Below are positions 25,039 through 38,523 of a DNA stretch of 64,000 bases, piece after piece. The number at the start of each line of letters is the position of its first letter. Position 1 is the stretch's first letter. The position numbers and the translations under genes are program-made. The DNA is from Ylistrum balloti. Its lineage: Eukaryota. The notes below the pieces were generated by a model. The model was not told where the DNA came from, did not search any database, and saw nothing but the letters and a program-made list of their open reading frames with translations. The stretch lies in assembly GCF_031769215.1 (NCBI RefSeq), contig NW_026781986.1, positions 310,001 to 374,000 on the forward strand. Reading direction: 5' to 3'.

Positions 25039-25451
25039 ATTAAATATATGTCTACATCATTGTAAATGTATAATACAATATACATATCGGATACTTATCG
25101 CTACAGATTTCTTCAGTGTGTTTAATTAGTATCGAGAATGTGATGAGTTTGGGACTGTTTATAGACATATGGAAATGTATGACAAATATGTTACTACAGT
25201 AAATGAGAGAACGTTATGACTACTTGTCAAACACAATCAGAGGAGATAAAATGCATTTTTATAATCAATTAATTATTTTTTGGCAAATTTCAAGGTTGGA
25301 ATGAATTTACCTAGTTTATCGAAATATTCGGATATTCATTATTAATTTAATTTTCTCCCCGAAAGGGTTTACTTCACAAATTCAAATACTAATGGACAGT
25401 CCGATGAACGTAATCAGAAAAATAATTCACGAGATTAAAAAGATAAATAAA
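25039..25451 (+). terminator. Candidate polyadenylation signals of the long isoform
   Basis: ATTAAA at 25039-25044 and AATAAA at 25446-25451 downstream of the stop; which one is used is unknown. Confidence 0.35.
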
Positions 25452-28400
25452 TTATAAACATTTATCTTTTACAGAACAAGCTTTGAACTTAGTTTAGATG
25501 TTAAACCCTAGGAAGCCTCCTTTGAGAGACCACAATATAAAACAGTGATCATACTGTCAGATCGTCATCATACATGTTCAACAACATAGATGTACAACAA
25601 CTGTTTGTTAAAATCTAATAATTTCGTGTGTGAATGTTTTGTTTTCTTCCTGTAACGTCATAAGTCCATCTGATTCAGATATGTTTATCTTATTGTTGGT
25701 TAATATCGTGTACTAAGGCCAGTTTCTTTGATCGTTAATCTTTGTGACGAACAATCGTTAATGCATATATACCGCAAGAATTTTATACACAAATATTCAG
25801 ATTTTAGACGAAATACGCAATGTTCAAGTTTTTATGATATCGGAGCTTTGTGCCAACACGAATGTTCATTAACAAACAGCTTTATATCATAAAAGCGTTT
25901 TAGTTCTTGTGAGTTCATTTTATTGAGGATTTTGAAACAGCCGAAAGGAAGTTTCATGTCATGATATGGGAATGTTACTGGCTAAAGTGTTGGAAACGGA
26001 TCCAGACACTGAGAAGTATTTTGATAAATCGTAATATTATTGTAAACGAGCCAGTTCTGAAACAAGGATGATAATCTCGCGTGACTTTCGAAACATTTCA
26101 CAATACATTCAACTCTCTGTTACGGTCTGGAATTCGTCAACAAACTCTACCTTTAAGAAAGTGGTTGAATTGAGGAGGTTCCGTTACTTATAATGTAACA
26201 TTTAATTTGAATGTTATTCTAAGAATATTAGCATTGTCACGTGTTGCAGGAGATGTTTATTAATTAAAGAATACAAATCCAACTACATTTTTTATTATTT
26301 ATTCATTCTGATGACAAACTTTAAATAGTTATGGCAATCCTTACTTATCAACGTCTCCATGGTAACTTAGTCGACAGGGTAAAAAATGAATCATTAGAAA
26401 GAAGCCCATCTCTTCTCGAGCTGATAGTGATATCAAGGTCGCAATGGAAGGGACACAACTCTTGCAGACCTGATTTTCCAAAGAACTGCGAGATCCTGTT
26501 CACAGGAACATGTAACACACAAAACGAAATCTAACATTACATTATCCATTAGAATGAACGTGAGCGCGATGATTCCCCCAACGGAAATTTCACTCTGAAT
26601 TTTATTATCATTATTTCTTCATCAGGTTTCCGACACTTTTCTCTAAAATCATAAATTGGACATTCACTTTGAGAAATTAATACTGATGGCCTCTAGAAGA
26701 ACTACTTCCTTTTTTCTGATTTACAAGGCTGGCCGCCGTTTGTGCCCCTGACTGACTAATACAAGGTTCACTCGAGGTCACTGGAGTTCTGATTGTCTAC
26801 CTTTGAGACAAACAATATGTCCGAACAAGATGTCCACTCCATTATTTCTTTACTGTATCTGTATGATTCCACATTGTCATATAGTTTTATGAGGAAAGGT
26901 GTCCTCCTTTAGATATAGTCAATATATATATATTATCTTGTATGGCGGATTAAGTCTTCAGTCATGTCTACAAAACTAATAGTGCGACCATTCATCAATA
27001 TGTCCGAGAACGAACCTGTTGTAAGAAAAACATTTTTTATCTCCACCATTAAAATGACCCCTGACCTCAATCCTCACTCCGTCATAAATCGGTATCCGCT
27101 CTTTTAGTCTGTAGTGTATTAAGATTTTGAATCGATGTAGTTGTTTTGGTAAATACTGCGGTTTAAGTTTGGCTTAAAACTGGTCAACTTATTTTTTTCA
27201 TTTCTTCCAGAGTTATCTTTCTTTAACTTACGATTCTACCAATTTTCTCAGTGTTGAATCTGTATATCGAACGGTTGATTGACGTTTATTACAAGAAGAG
27301 ACAAATCAAGTTAATACTGGGACATTAGCATATGTGTTTGCATTGGTGCATCACAAATTCATACCACCAATAATTCAAGTACATGAAGCATACCTGTTGA
27401 AGCTAGCTCTATGCTATGAATGAATACGTAATATGTCTTATAGAGGAATTCTGAGTATTTCATCGCCCTAGTATTATAATTAAGTCAGTTGAAATGTCAT
27501 TTCAGGCCAAAAACTCGAGAGTTGGTTTGTTTAGAAGCATTACACAATTGTACCTCAGTATAACACAAACAAGATGCACTCATGAATATTGGAAGATATT
27601 GTTATTCTCGGAAGTGCGAAGATGATATCCATCTTTTGTTGATTTTCATTCTTAATGACAGCCTTTGAATAACGAATTAATTATACATACTTTGACATAC
27701 ACATTGATTCGGAGATCAAAAAGGGATATAAAACTCCACTTCATGCCTTTTTAGTTTAATTTGCTTAAAACTATCCTTTTGTATTGATATTGTAAGACTG
27801 AAATAGTTTGCCATTTATCCATGTCTTAGTTATATGTACCAACTACATCGTTACAATGTTAATAAAAATAGAAACACATTGAGTTTATACCTTGCCGAAC
27901 CATTTTAACATATTTCGATCTAGAACCGTCTGATGATATTCATCGTTGTCCTCGCCTTTGTCGACATCTTCTTGTCCCCCAAATTCATGCCTTGTTGTCG
28001 ATGATGAAACAAACGAAACATAGATGAGAGGAACCGGAAATGGGACAGTATGGTGCATGCTGGGTACTTACTTAAGCGGGAAAAAAACTACGAAACATTA
28101 ATCCTTCCACTCGGCAACGTGGACGACCCTCCGCGGCTTGATTTAAAAAAAAAAAAAAGCAAAAGCAAGCCAACACAAATTTATACACATATTTTGATTT
28201 AAAATAGTTTTAGGTATAATTACACTTGATTGGAAATGATTTATTTTTCGTTCAAATGGAAAGTCCGCGACTCGATTGTAAGATTTTACTACCAAGTTCA
28301 ATACTTACCTCGCGACATTCTTCTCTTTTTGTCTTTGTGTGAAATCCGTTTTATTTAAAGATAGAAGAAAGGCGAGAAATGGACAGACAACAATAACGCC

Positions 28401-29546
28401 ATATGTACATTTCTCTCATGAATTGCAAGTTTAATAGTGTTTTACAAAGAAATGTATATTTAGTGATAACCCACCAGTAAAAACGAATGTGGAAGCGGAA
28501 TAGGAGCAAAACTCCTGCAGATTTCCATAAACAAAACCATGAAAAGTCAAATTTTCTTTTCACTTCTTGAAAAACTATACCAGAAATGCAATTACATGCC
28601 ATAAACAAATAAAAAGAAATAACATGCTTACTTACTTCGACTGGGTTTGTTTGTTTGTTTTATTTTTTGTTTTGTTTTTTTTTTTTTGTTTTTTTTTTTG
28701 TTTACTCTTGACAGACATTCTTCACTATTTCAAAGTCAACGATTTGGTCTTCCGTTTTGTACAAGACACAACAGTTACAGTGAAACCAACACTGTTAAAA
28801 TATTGGTAGGAAAACATGCTGTAGATTGTAATCGATTGGATAAATACTATATCAATATATCGACCTGCTATAACTGTGTCTATTGAAAGGTAAACACAAG
28901 ACTTTAATCACTAGTATTCGTCAAGGCTGCAATCTAAGACCTTTCTTTTGTACAATATAATTTATAAACAACATTGTGTCGTGTATTTAGCGATAATTCA
29001 TTAAATTTGTTGTTGTAGTTGTTGTTTTGATTTTGAGGGCGTTACAGACCAGAAGAGGGCCAATGTTACAAAAACAGTAATATGTCTCTTGTTCCTCTAG
29101 ATGAACGTGCAGGAAAAACAAGATATTATCAACGTGTCTAAACAAACCTTAATGCAAACGATGTGCAGAAGTCATATATAATATAGTCAGAAAATTAACT
29201 TCGAGTAAATTTGAAATTCAAATCGATGTTTATCTAGTTTTTCTTTTTAGGGAGGGGGTGTTATTTATTTTTTTTATTTTTCTTAACAACTCTTTTTTTA
29301 ATTAATTAGATCAATAAACATGTAAACATTTTGATATTTTTGTGTTTAGTTTCTGAAAACAAAATGAATATTTCCCATGGTGCATCAGCGTCATATAACA
29401 TTATTGTGCACCAGGAAAAGTAAGCTTGGGTGTACAGTTTAGATAAAGGCTGTCCCACTCAATCGTGTTGTAGGTGTATATAATTCATAGAATTTATCTA
29501 CATTGTTAAGTCTTTCAAATTGTGTGTAGAATAATTATTAATGAAG

Positions 29547-29960
29547 TAAGAGGCCAAGCGGCGTTAACGGTCTCTTATGGTAACGTGTATCCAACCTGAC
29601 AATTGAAACTGACTCCAGTTTGACCTATCGAGAAAATGTACCCCCTTCCTAGAGGGAACGCTAGACTCAGGGGGTCATAAAATTAATTTACAATTTACAA
29701 TTCTGGTAAAGCACATTTAGACCCATCCCACCATTTATTTTATTTATCATATTTTGGAGTTGAGAAGATGTAAAAATATTTTTTTCTGTATAAACTTAAG
29801 TAAAGTTTGCACCCTCCCCAGGGAAAATGTGAGACCCTGGGGTCATGAAATTTACACTTTTGGAAAAGCACTATAGTACTACTGCATTAAGAAAATTCTT
29901 CCAGCATACATATGAAACAGTAAACCCGGCCCAGTATGGGTTACCTCCCTTCAATCACTA
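29547..29960. mobile_element. Degenerate HINE/satellite-like element with ~168-bp internal repeat
   Basis: ggggtcat(a/g)aaatt recurs at 29671 and 29839; begins aagaggccaag..ttaacggtc, like bivalve HINE ends as I recall them. Confidence 0.45.
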
Positions 29961-30286
29961 GTGACTGCATTGAGAAAGCCTTCTTCGTAAACCCGTCCTT
30001 TGATATCACCTACCAACACCATTTTAGACATATCAAATGACCTATTCGGAATATACATATGTATTTTAAGTTCGTGTAAATAAATAAAGATAGATAAAAA
30101 TAACGAAATCTTATGAGTTATTGTATTTGTGTGTCTCCGTATGTCAATTTTGAGATTCCTCTCGATCTTTCTGGATTTTTCCAAAGTCGCCTTTTACACT
30201 TCAAAATTTAAGTCATTGGCTCATATTTTTAATGCTTTTAAGATTTAATGGACCTAACAAATTATATTTTGGCAGTAAATTAGGGA

Positions 30287-30890
30287 TTCTTATAACACAA
30301 CCAGTAGAAGATTAGAGTGTGACATATCGATGACTACTCAGTCACCTTCATCATATAACACAACCGGTAGAAGATTAGAGTGTGACATTTCGATGACTAC
30401 TCAGTCACCTTCATCATATAACACAACCGGTAGAAGATTAGAGTGTGACATTTCGATGACTACTCAGTCACCTTCATCATATAACACAACCAGTAGAAGA
30501 TTAGAGTGTGACATTTCGATGACTACTCAGTCACCTTCATCTTATAACACAACCAGTAGAAGATTAGAGTGTAACATTTCGATGATTACTCAGTCACCTT
30601 CATCATATAACACAACCAGTAGAAGAGTGTGACAGAGTGTGACATTAACACAACCAGTAGAAGATTAGAGTGTACATTTCGATGACTACTCAGTCACCTT
30701 CATCATATAACACAACCAGTAGAAGATTAGAGTGTGACATTTCGATGACTACTCAGTCACCTTCATCTTATAACACAACCAGTAGAAGTTTAGAGTGTGA
30801 CATTTCGATGACTACTCAGTCACCTTCATCTTATAACACAACCAGTAGAAGATTAGAGTGTGACATTTCGATGACTACTCAGTCACCTTC
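30287..30890 (-). repeat. 63-bp tandem array (about 9.5 units); left arm of a foldback; each unit is a degenerate hammerhead motif on the minus strand
   Basis: Unit ATGACTACTCAGTCACCTTCATCATATAACACAACCAGTAGAAGATTAGAGTGTGACATTTCG; its reverse complement contains TGATGA-A-GGTGAC-TGAGTA-GTCATC-GAAA-TGTC-ACAC. Confidence 0.93.
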
Positions 30891-30907
30891 GACAGACAAA
30901 TCATGCA

Positions 30908-31400
30908 TTACATTTGTCTGATGAAGGTGACCATGTAGTATTACATTTGTCTGATGAAGGTGACCGTGTAGTATTACATTTGTCTGATGAAGGTGACCAT
31001 GTAGTATTACATTTGTCTGATGAAGGTGACTATGTAGTATTACATTTGTCTGATGAAGGTGACCGTGTAGTATTACATTTGTCTGATGAAGGTGACTATG
31101 TAGTATTACATTTGCCTGATGAAGGTGACCCTGTAGTATTACATTTGCCTGATGAAGGTGACTATGTAGTATTACATTTGCCTGATGAAGGTGACCATGT
31201 AGTATTACATTTGTCTGATGAAGGTGACTATGTAGTATTACATTTGCCTGATGAAGGTGACCGTGTAGTATTACATTTGCCTGATGAAGGTGACCCTGTA
31301 GTATTACATTGGCCTGATGAAGTTGACTATGTAGTATTACATTTGCCTGATGAAGGTGACCGTGTAGTATTACATTGGCCTGATGAAGGTGACCATGTAG
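30908..31400 (+). repeat. 33-bp tandem array (about 15 units); right arm of the foldback
   Basis: Unit attacatttg(t/c)ctgatgaaggtgac(ca/ta/cg)tgtagt. Confidence 0.95.
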
Positions 31401-31417
31401 TCATCGAAACGTCACAC
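31377..31417 (+). ncRNA. Minimal (Penelope-type) hammerhead ribozyme motif
   Basis: CTGATGA (31380-86)-A-GGTGAC-CATGTA-GTCATC-GAAA-CGT-C-ACAC: 6-bp stem II, palindromic ACGT in place of stem III, GUC cleavage triplet; stem I is imperfect in this copy. Confidence 0.65.
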
Positions 31418-34400
31418 TCTTCTACTGGTTGTGTTATAAGAACATCTTTTATTCTATTGGCATTACAACCTGAAGAAAATATTCAGAAATATGTTGTTGA
31501 TAGCTCATGTTCTATACCCTTACCTACTCGAAAATGGACAACTTAGGTTTTCCCATCGACATGGGGAAATTATTCACCAAATATAATATAACTATGTTTA
31601 TACTGTAACTAGAAACGGTTTGTGTCCTTAATGTACCTACATATATAACTGAAAGTTCGACTTTCTCCGAATTGAGATATAGGAGAATTATATCTGTTAG
31701 GAGGATTTATAGACATGTATAAAGTAGTGATGTACGACATAAACCGAATGGATTTTCACTGAAGTCAATAATAAAATTTTGTAGAGGGCTGCATTCATTT
31801 CTAACTGTCGTGTGTAAACTTTAGTCAATTCCCTATAGGATCAAATTGTGGAACAGCAACAATGTTATATTTTAAGCAGATTCTAAAAGCAACAACATGA
31901 TAAGTCGACTTTATAGTGGAGATGGGGAATTTTAATACAGGTGGCGTTGAACAAATGACAACGTAACGAAACGTAAACAAAATATCATGTATGTTGTATT
32001 CTGCGTTTTTGAAAAGTTTTGGGAAGTTATTCACTGGAAATAAAAAAAAATAATAAAACAAAAACAAACAAAATACAAAACCATATATAAGACACAAAAA
32101 ACCCACGCAAACACGTAATTTCATGTCATAATTACATTATGATTTCTTTATTTCATTAGATAAGTTCATTTTTCATGATCTATAAGTCTGATTCGCTTCG
32201 TCAATTTTATGAAAAATAATGCCCTGCATGTTAAATTCTACAGACGTCTGTGAGATGATGATATTGTAGGCCAAATTCTTTTTTAATTCTATGGCGACTG
32301 CTGTCCTATTGCAACATTGTCGCTCTTACATTTTCCTCTATCATCCCTTGTTTTGTCTGTTGGTGTTTCTCTAGACACACTTTCTCATTGGACATTTTCA
32401 AAGACGTAAAACCCTTAACAGATCATGAAAGAATTATGTCAAGTATGTCAAAAACCTATTAGTCAGACTTCCAACTGAACCGAACGAATCGTGGTGTCCC
32501 TTACCCAACCAAAACCTAGGCACATATAGATGAGAATCACAGTCAAAAATAATGTGTGTGTATTTCGCAATGTTTAGATTTTTTGTAATACTTCCGGTGT
32601 GGTTGTTGACGTATGCTCTGATGTCCATTCAAACTGATTCTACCTGTCAAATCACTGCACATAGAAGACGATATGAAAACATGTCTTGTTGAGTGTCGCA
32701 AACTAACACAAGATTCTTATCAGTGTCTGAATTTGTGCATGGGACTGCCTAATCAAGTTATTCTGCAAGAATAGAAATCATTTGACAATGATGTATGGGT
32801 GACTTAAAATAACCTACTGGAATGATATGTCCAATTCATTAAATGATGACAGGTTGTCCAAAAAAGAAACAGTACAGATGGACTTTTTAAGGATACAATA
32901 CATCCTGATGACACAGCCAGGGTTTGGCGCTTTGTTTTACTTTTACAAGAAGATCCTGAAGACTGTTCAGTTTTAAAAATATTCTGACGTATCGCCCCAG
33001 GCAGTGTCATCATGGTCGATTATATTTGCCAAGAGAAGACAGGATAGAAAGAACATTATAAAAATCTCAAATGTTATAACGGAGGCGGCATTTGAACATT
33101 GAAATCTCATTATCCCTTTAGGCAATTAAGATCCCCTCCCCTCCAAACAGACACCGTCTCTATATCTCTTAGACATACATACATCCCACACCCCTGATTA
33201 TACCGGTGTCTTCACTGAGGAATAACAGCAAACACTACCTTGTAATAGGGAAGTATGAGACACTAAATGTGCACCTGAGCGGATATCCTCCACAAGATCG
33301 GATAGTAATTGTCTTTCTGCTTTCTTCTTGTGCAAAAAAATCACCACGTGACTTATATGATATGCGGGAATCTCCTCCAAGGGTTTGAGATTGTTGTGCT
33401 CTAGCCTCCAGTAGGGGATGGTCCTTTTTCTACCCCTTATCACCATTAAACGTTAAATAGATTATCGAGAAAAATATATCCTGACAAATTTAGAAAAAAA
33501 TCAGTTAAATAACGACTTTTATTTTAACCGATTTATAATCTACATTATATACTGCACAAAGATAATCGTAATGATAAATCCTTGTCATAGTGCAATAAAA
33601 CTTGATTTGTATAAACAAAAATGATCAGATACTGTCTTATAATAACATCAAACATCTTAAACTGTCGACATCTATTAGTCAATTCTCTCACGTCTCAAAT
33701 TAACAACTTCCGGTTTAGCACGTGTTTGTGATCACGGCGTGTAGACTGTCTTACCCTAGCAAGACAGGGATATATTACCCTCGCGGGAAGTGTGGATGTT
33801 TCTGTCCGATGGGGTAGAAAAATAACCCCGTGCTCTTTTGAGGTACGTTTCTGACTCGTGTAAAGTAGCTCCTTTGCTCCTACAATAGACAATCGCCTAC
33901 CCTGAAATTTTTTTGCCCAATTAGATCTTCGTCTCCCAGGTTTCAGTATGGAATTTCGAGGAAGAAAATGCTGCTGTAGCTAAAATAGCTGTAAATCTCC
34001 ATAAAAGATTTTGGGTTAGGAACATTGTTCAGAATGTTGTTCACTGTGGTATTTCGCTGTTAAATTTCATGGATTGGGCAAAAGCATAGAACACCTCTAG
34101 TTTCTGGCCAAACGGGAAAAGGGTTAAACTGGAAAGAAATGTACAACAATTTCTGCATTTTTATACGCGTTAGATTCATTACTAGATATAGCTGACCCAT
34201 TCTGGCTAATCCAGTTTGTGAAAGGTTTTAAAATCCCTTCGCCTGACAGGAAATATGGCGTCACACAGTTCACAATACATATCACTACAACCAATATCAA
34301 TCCCCTAAATCCACAGGAATCCAATGTTCGTTGTTAATCCTGACACGTCTGGCCAAGCTCCGATGAATATCGATGTTTTAACCTTGTTTCACTGATCGCC

Positions 34401-36074
34401 AAGGAATCTCTTATCAGCCTAACAAATACTGAGACTGTTAACTGTATAGCACATGACTATTAAAACTAACGGTCATTCCATGTCCAGATTCAAGGCGAGT
34501 ATTTCAAATCCTCCCGAGTACTTTATGTGAGCAGTTTTATATCAGTCATCTTGAACGACTAATCACGTGATTGTCTTAATTAGCAAATTTTCAAGAAATC
34601 TCGTAAAAAGGTTTTAGGAAGGAATTACAAAATATATTTTACTACATTGCCAAGGAATGTCTGGTTCATGTAGTGTTGTCCTTGACCGTCCTTTCACTTC
34701 CGGTCATTTACAGTGTACTGTGGCACGTAACAAAAGATATGGTTCTTGGGAAATTTCAATATACTCTCAGTTTATTGTCATTCTCAGATACTTATTAAGG
34801 TCAACCATTATTAGACAGGGTCTAAGAAGCTATGGGTACACCTATAAAAAAGTCATTAACACCTAAAAGCTCTAAACGTGTGCGGGACTTATATTAGTGG
34901 TAGGTGGGAGGGGGTTGCTGGTTGGAGTTGGGGTTGCTGATAAAAGTCGCTCATAATAGACTTAGCATTATGCAATTTTTTTAGATGTGCTAGCAGTACA
35001 GGACCGGAATCAAGTAGCTAGAAACAAAATTGTAGCCAACAGTCAACTCCCAAACACTTCTACTGGTTCCGGACTACACCGACTATCACACCTTTGCGAC
35101 TTTTATACCCCTTGACCCCAAGGAACCTAACCGGATTGAAACCGAAGGTAGCTATAAGACTCAGCGACTGGCTCCACCGTTGAAGCTTCTATCAAATCAC
35201 AGCGCGTAATACAATTACCCATGGCCCATCTCACAAGATGGCCGAATAACAACCCGACACTTGTCATATCAGACACGACGTCCTTCTGTAAACCATAGGA
35301 TGAACCGCCATAGAACTACTGTAATTGCGACTAAGGGTATGTATGCCTTATAAGAGCCAAAACCACTACAGTTTCACTTATCACCAAACACTAACATTTA
35401 TTGCCAAGTCGCAGACGACAGAAATTCCGTTTATATCACACATCATAATATTTCTTTCATTCACTTCATATTTTATCTAGGTTTGGCGGACTGTCTGAAA
35501 AAATGGTCCAATATCTTTATACTTAAAGACATGTAAATATATTGCACGTGTGTGTCTGAATTTATTTAAGTCCCAGTAGTATTTCCACTATCACAACCTT
35601 TCAGCAGACTGAGAATCGATTGGTTGCTCCTTAACGTACGTAGCTAAGCGAGCTTAGGTCTTGGTTAAATAACATACTTATTTCAATTAAACCAATAAAC
35701 TGTAACGAGCCCATCACTCACTAAACCTCAAGAACAGATAACTCTTGTAACATCATCAAATTAAAGGGAGGTAACTTTTACTAGATGTTTCCGTTCCACC
35801 AACTTTTGGTGGATCTTACGGGAAAGATTCCATAAATTTGATACCAAATTGAATTTCCTTACTAATACCGAATGAAAAATTGGACAGACACATATTTGCG
35901 GAGTAGCTAAGACCATTAATATGGGTCAGACACAGCACAAACGTATAACGAAACCCATTCTCCAGGTAATATTTCTTTGGCAATCATCAGACATGCTATT
36001 ACATCGCTTAGCTTTTTCGCTTTTGATTTTTTAAAGCTGTCTTATAGACGTTCAGTAATTAACTACCACCTCTA

Positions 36075-37140
36075 AATCATGACCACCTCACTGTTAAGAC
36101 AACTTAACGATTAAGACCATCTCACTATTATGACCACCTCCCTAGTAAGACCATTTCACTATTATGACAACCTCTCTAGTAGGACCATCTCACTATTATT
36201 ACCACCTCTCTAGTAAGACCATCTCACTATTATTACCACCTCTCTAGTAAGACCATCTCACTATTATGACCACCTCTCTAGTAAGACCATCTCACTTTTA
36301 TTACCACCTCTCTAGTAAGACCATCTCACTATTATGACCACCTCTCTTGTAAGACCATCTCACTATTATTACTACCTCTCTAGTAAGACCATTTCACTAT
36401 TATGACCACCTCTCTAGTAAGACCATTTCACTATTATGACCATCTCTCTAGTAAGACCATCTCACTATTATTACCACCTCTCTAGTAAGACCATCTCACT
36501 ATTATGACCACCTCTCTAGTAAGACCATCTCACTATTATTACCACCTCTCTAGTAAGACCATCTCACTATTATGACCACCTCTCTTGTAAGACCATCTCA
36601 CTATTATTACCACCTCTATAGTAAGACCATCTCACTATTATTACCACCTCTCTAGTAAGACCATCTCACTATTATGACCACCTCTCTAGTAAGACCATCT
36701 CACTATTATTACCACCTCTCTAGTAAGACCATCTCACTATTATTACCACCTCTCTTGTAAGACCATCTCACTATTATTACCACCTCTATAGTAAGACCAT
36801 CTCACTATTATTACCACCTCTCTAGTAAGACCATCTCACTATTATTACCACCTCTCTAGTAAGACCATCTCACTATTATGACCACCTCTCTAGTAAGACC
36901 ATCTCACTATTAAGATCACCTCTCTAGTAAGACCATCTCACTATTAAGATTACCTCACTAATAAGACCATATCACTATTAAGATCACCTTATTAATAAGA
37001 CCATCTAACTAGTAAGTTAATCTCACTACTATGACCACCTTTCTAGTAAGACCATCTCACTGTTAAGATAATCTCACTAGTGAGGCACCACACTATTGAG
37101 ACCACCTCACTATTTAGACCTCAATATTAAGACCGCCTCA
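36075..37140. repeat. 34-bp minisatellite built from two 17-bp subunits
   Basis: taagaccatctcactat + tat(g/t)accacctctctag; 34-nt period checked at 36184 and 36218; degenerate 17-mers at both ends. Confidence 0.95.
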
Positions 37141-38335
37141 ACATTAGTAATTCAAAACAGTTTTAAAGTCACAAAGTTACTCAGGTATATTCTACCGTGT
37201 ACAAGGTCTCAGACATATAGGACAAACTGACCACTCAGATGTAACAACCGTGTGATCAATGTTATAAATCTCACGCACTATCTCCATGACCATGAACAAA
37301 TTGACTAAAAGTTAAGTCTATAGACTTTAATCTTTACTCAGACCACTCCACTATGAAGACTATTTATGTCCAGTTCTCAAAGTGGTCTGGACATTTTGGT
37401 TACTTTATTTTTTCGTCTTGAATATTCCTTTTGGTGAAATATTGCTATTAGATATAATCGATATTAATTTCTCAAAATAATTATTTAACTCCAAGAGGGA
37501 TAGTGTGAAAATCATTAGTGTCATATCTGAGTGGAAATTTACAAAATGAGATCTATCCATTTTCATGTCAGTTATTTTTGGTAAATAACAGATATTATTA
37601 AACTGTCGGCATTGCCAAAGAAATATATGTCCATGTTCGGACCGGGCACGTGACATTGATTCCCCACTGCGCGTTGCTGTCAATTTCCGTTATCAAGAGA
37701 AAACATGGGCAGCCTATGTATCGACCACCTGTCACAACCGCCTTTATCTGAAATAGGATTTTTCAAAACGATCGGTAAAATCTGGTCGGCGAAAAATCCA
37801 AAGTAGAAAAGCGGTTAGTAAAATATAACTTTGATAACAGGCTATTGCCTAATGCGTGTTTGTTATTTTTGATAAACCCTGTCATGAATCAGTATGATAT
37901 AACGATCGTGTCGGCACGACAGAAAGCGGCTTTTGGAAACCGATAAGAAATATGCCTTTACCAATTAACTGTAATTATTACGTCGGTGTATGTCATTTTG
38001 AAATGGGTTTTTTTTTATGAGATCTGACTCTGAATAGTATAAATATTCCTCTAGTAGTTTTACAAGGATAAAATATTTATAGCAAAACGCAAAGTAGATT
38101 TTTACTCTAAATTTTGTGATTTTTAAGTAATAAAGTTGACGAGCTTCTATGATTTTAATGTCTTACCGTCACTGTAAATAGATAATAGGGATACAATACA
38201 TAAATACAATGTGGGGTGAACCATCGGAAAGAGCAACAAACAACTCTTTAAAGAGATACGTGTCTTTTGTGTTATTACGGTAGCAGATCAGTATTGTCCA
38301 AGAGAATCACACAGAGAAGAACCCCTGCCAATTTC

Positions 38336-38523
38336 TTACAACAACCCAATTTGTTACAATTATTTTTGCAACCAAGTTTCACGTATTTGACGGTATATTG
38401 CATGTCAATTTCTTGCAGACATTTATAACAAATTGGGTTCTTGTAACCAATTGGCACGCTGTTTTCTGTCACATACGTTCCAGTTTCTTACGAATGTTAT
38501 TGTAACAAATTGGGTTGTTGTAA
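38336..38523. mobile_element. Small MITE-like element with a perfect 25-bp inverted repeat
   Basis: ttacaacaacccaatttgttacaat (38336-60) and attgtaacaaattgggttgttgtaa (38499-523). Confidence 0.6.

Noticed and set aside
26300-26950. Coding-looking minus-strand fragments (..KLYDNVESYRYSKEIMEW..)
   Set aside because: Frequent stops in all frames and no recognisable motif; cannot be supported without a homology search.
30330-31546. ORFs with 21-aa and 11-aa periodicity (MTTQSPSSY..., SDEGDHVVLHL...)
   Set aside because: They are translations of the 63-bp and 33-bp tandem units inside an inverted-repeat structure; no splice context or domain.
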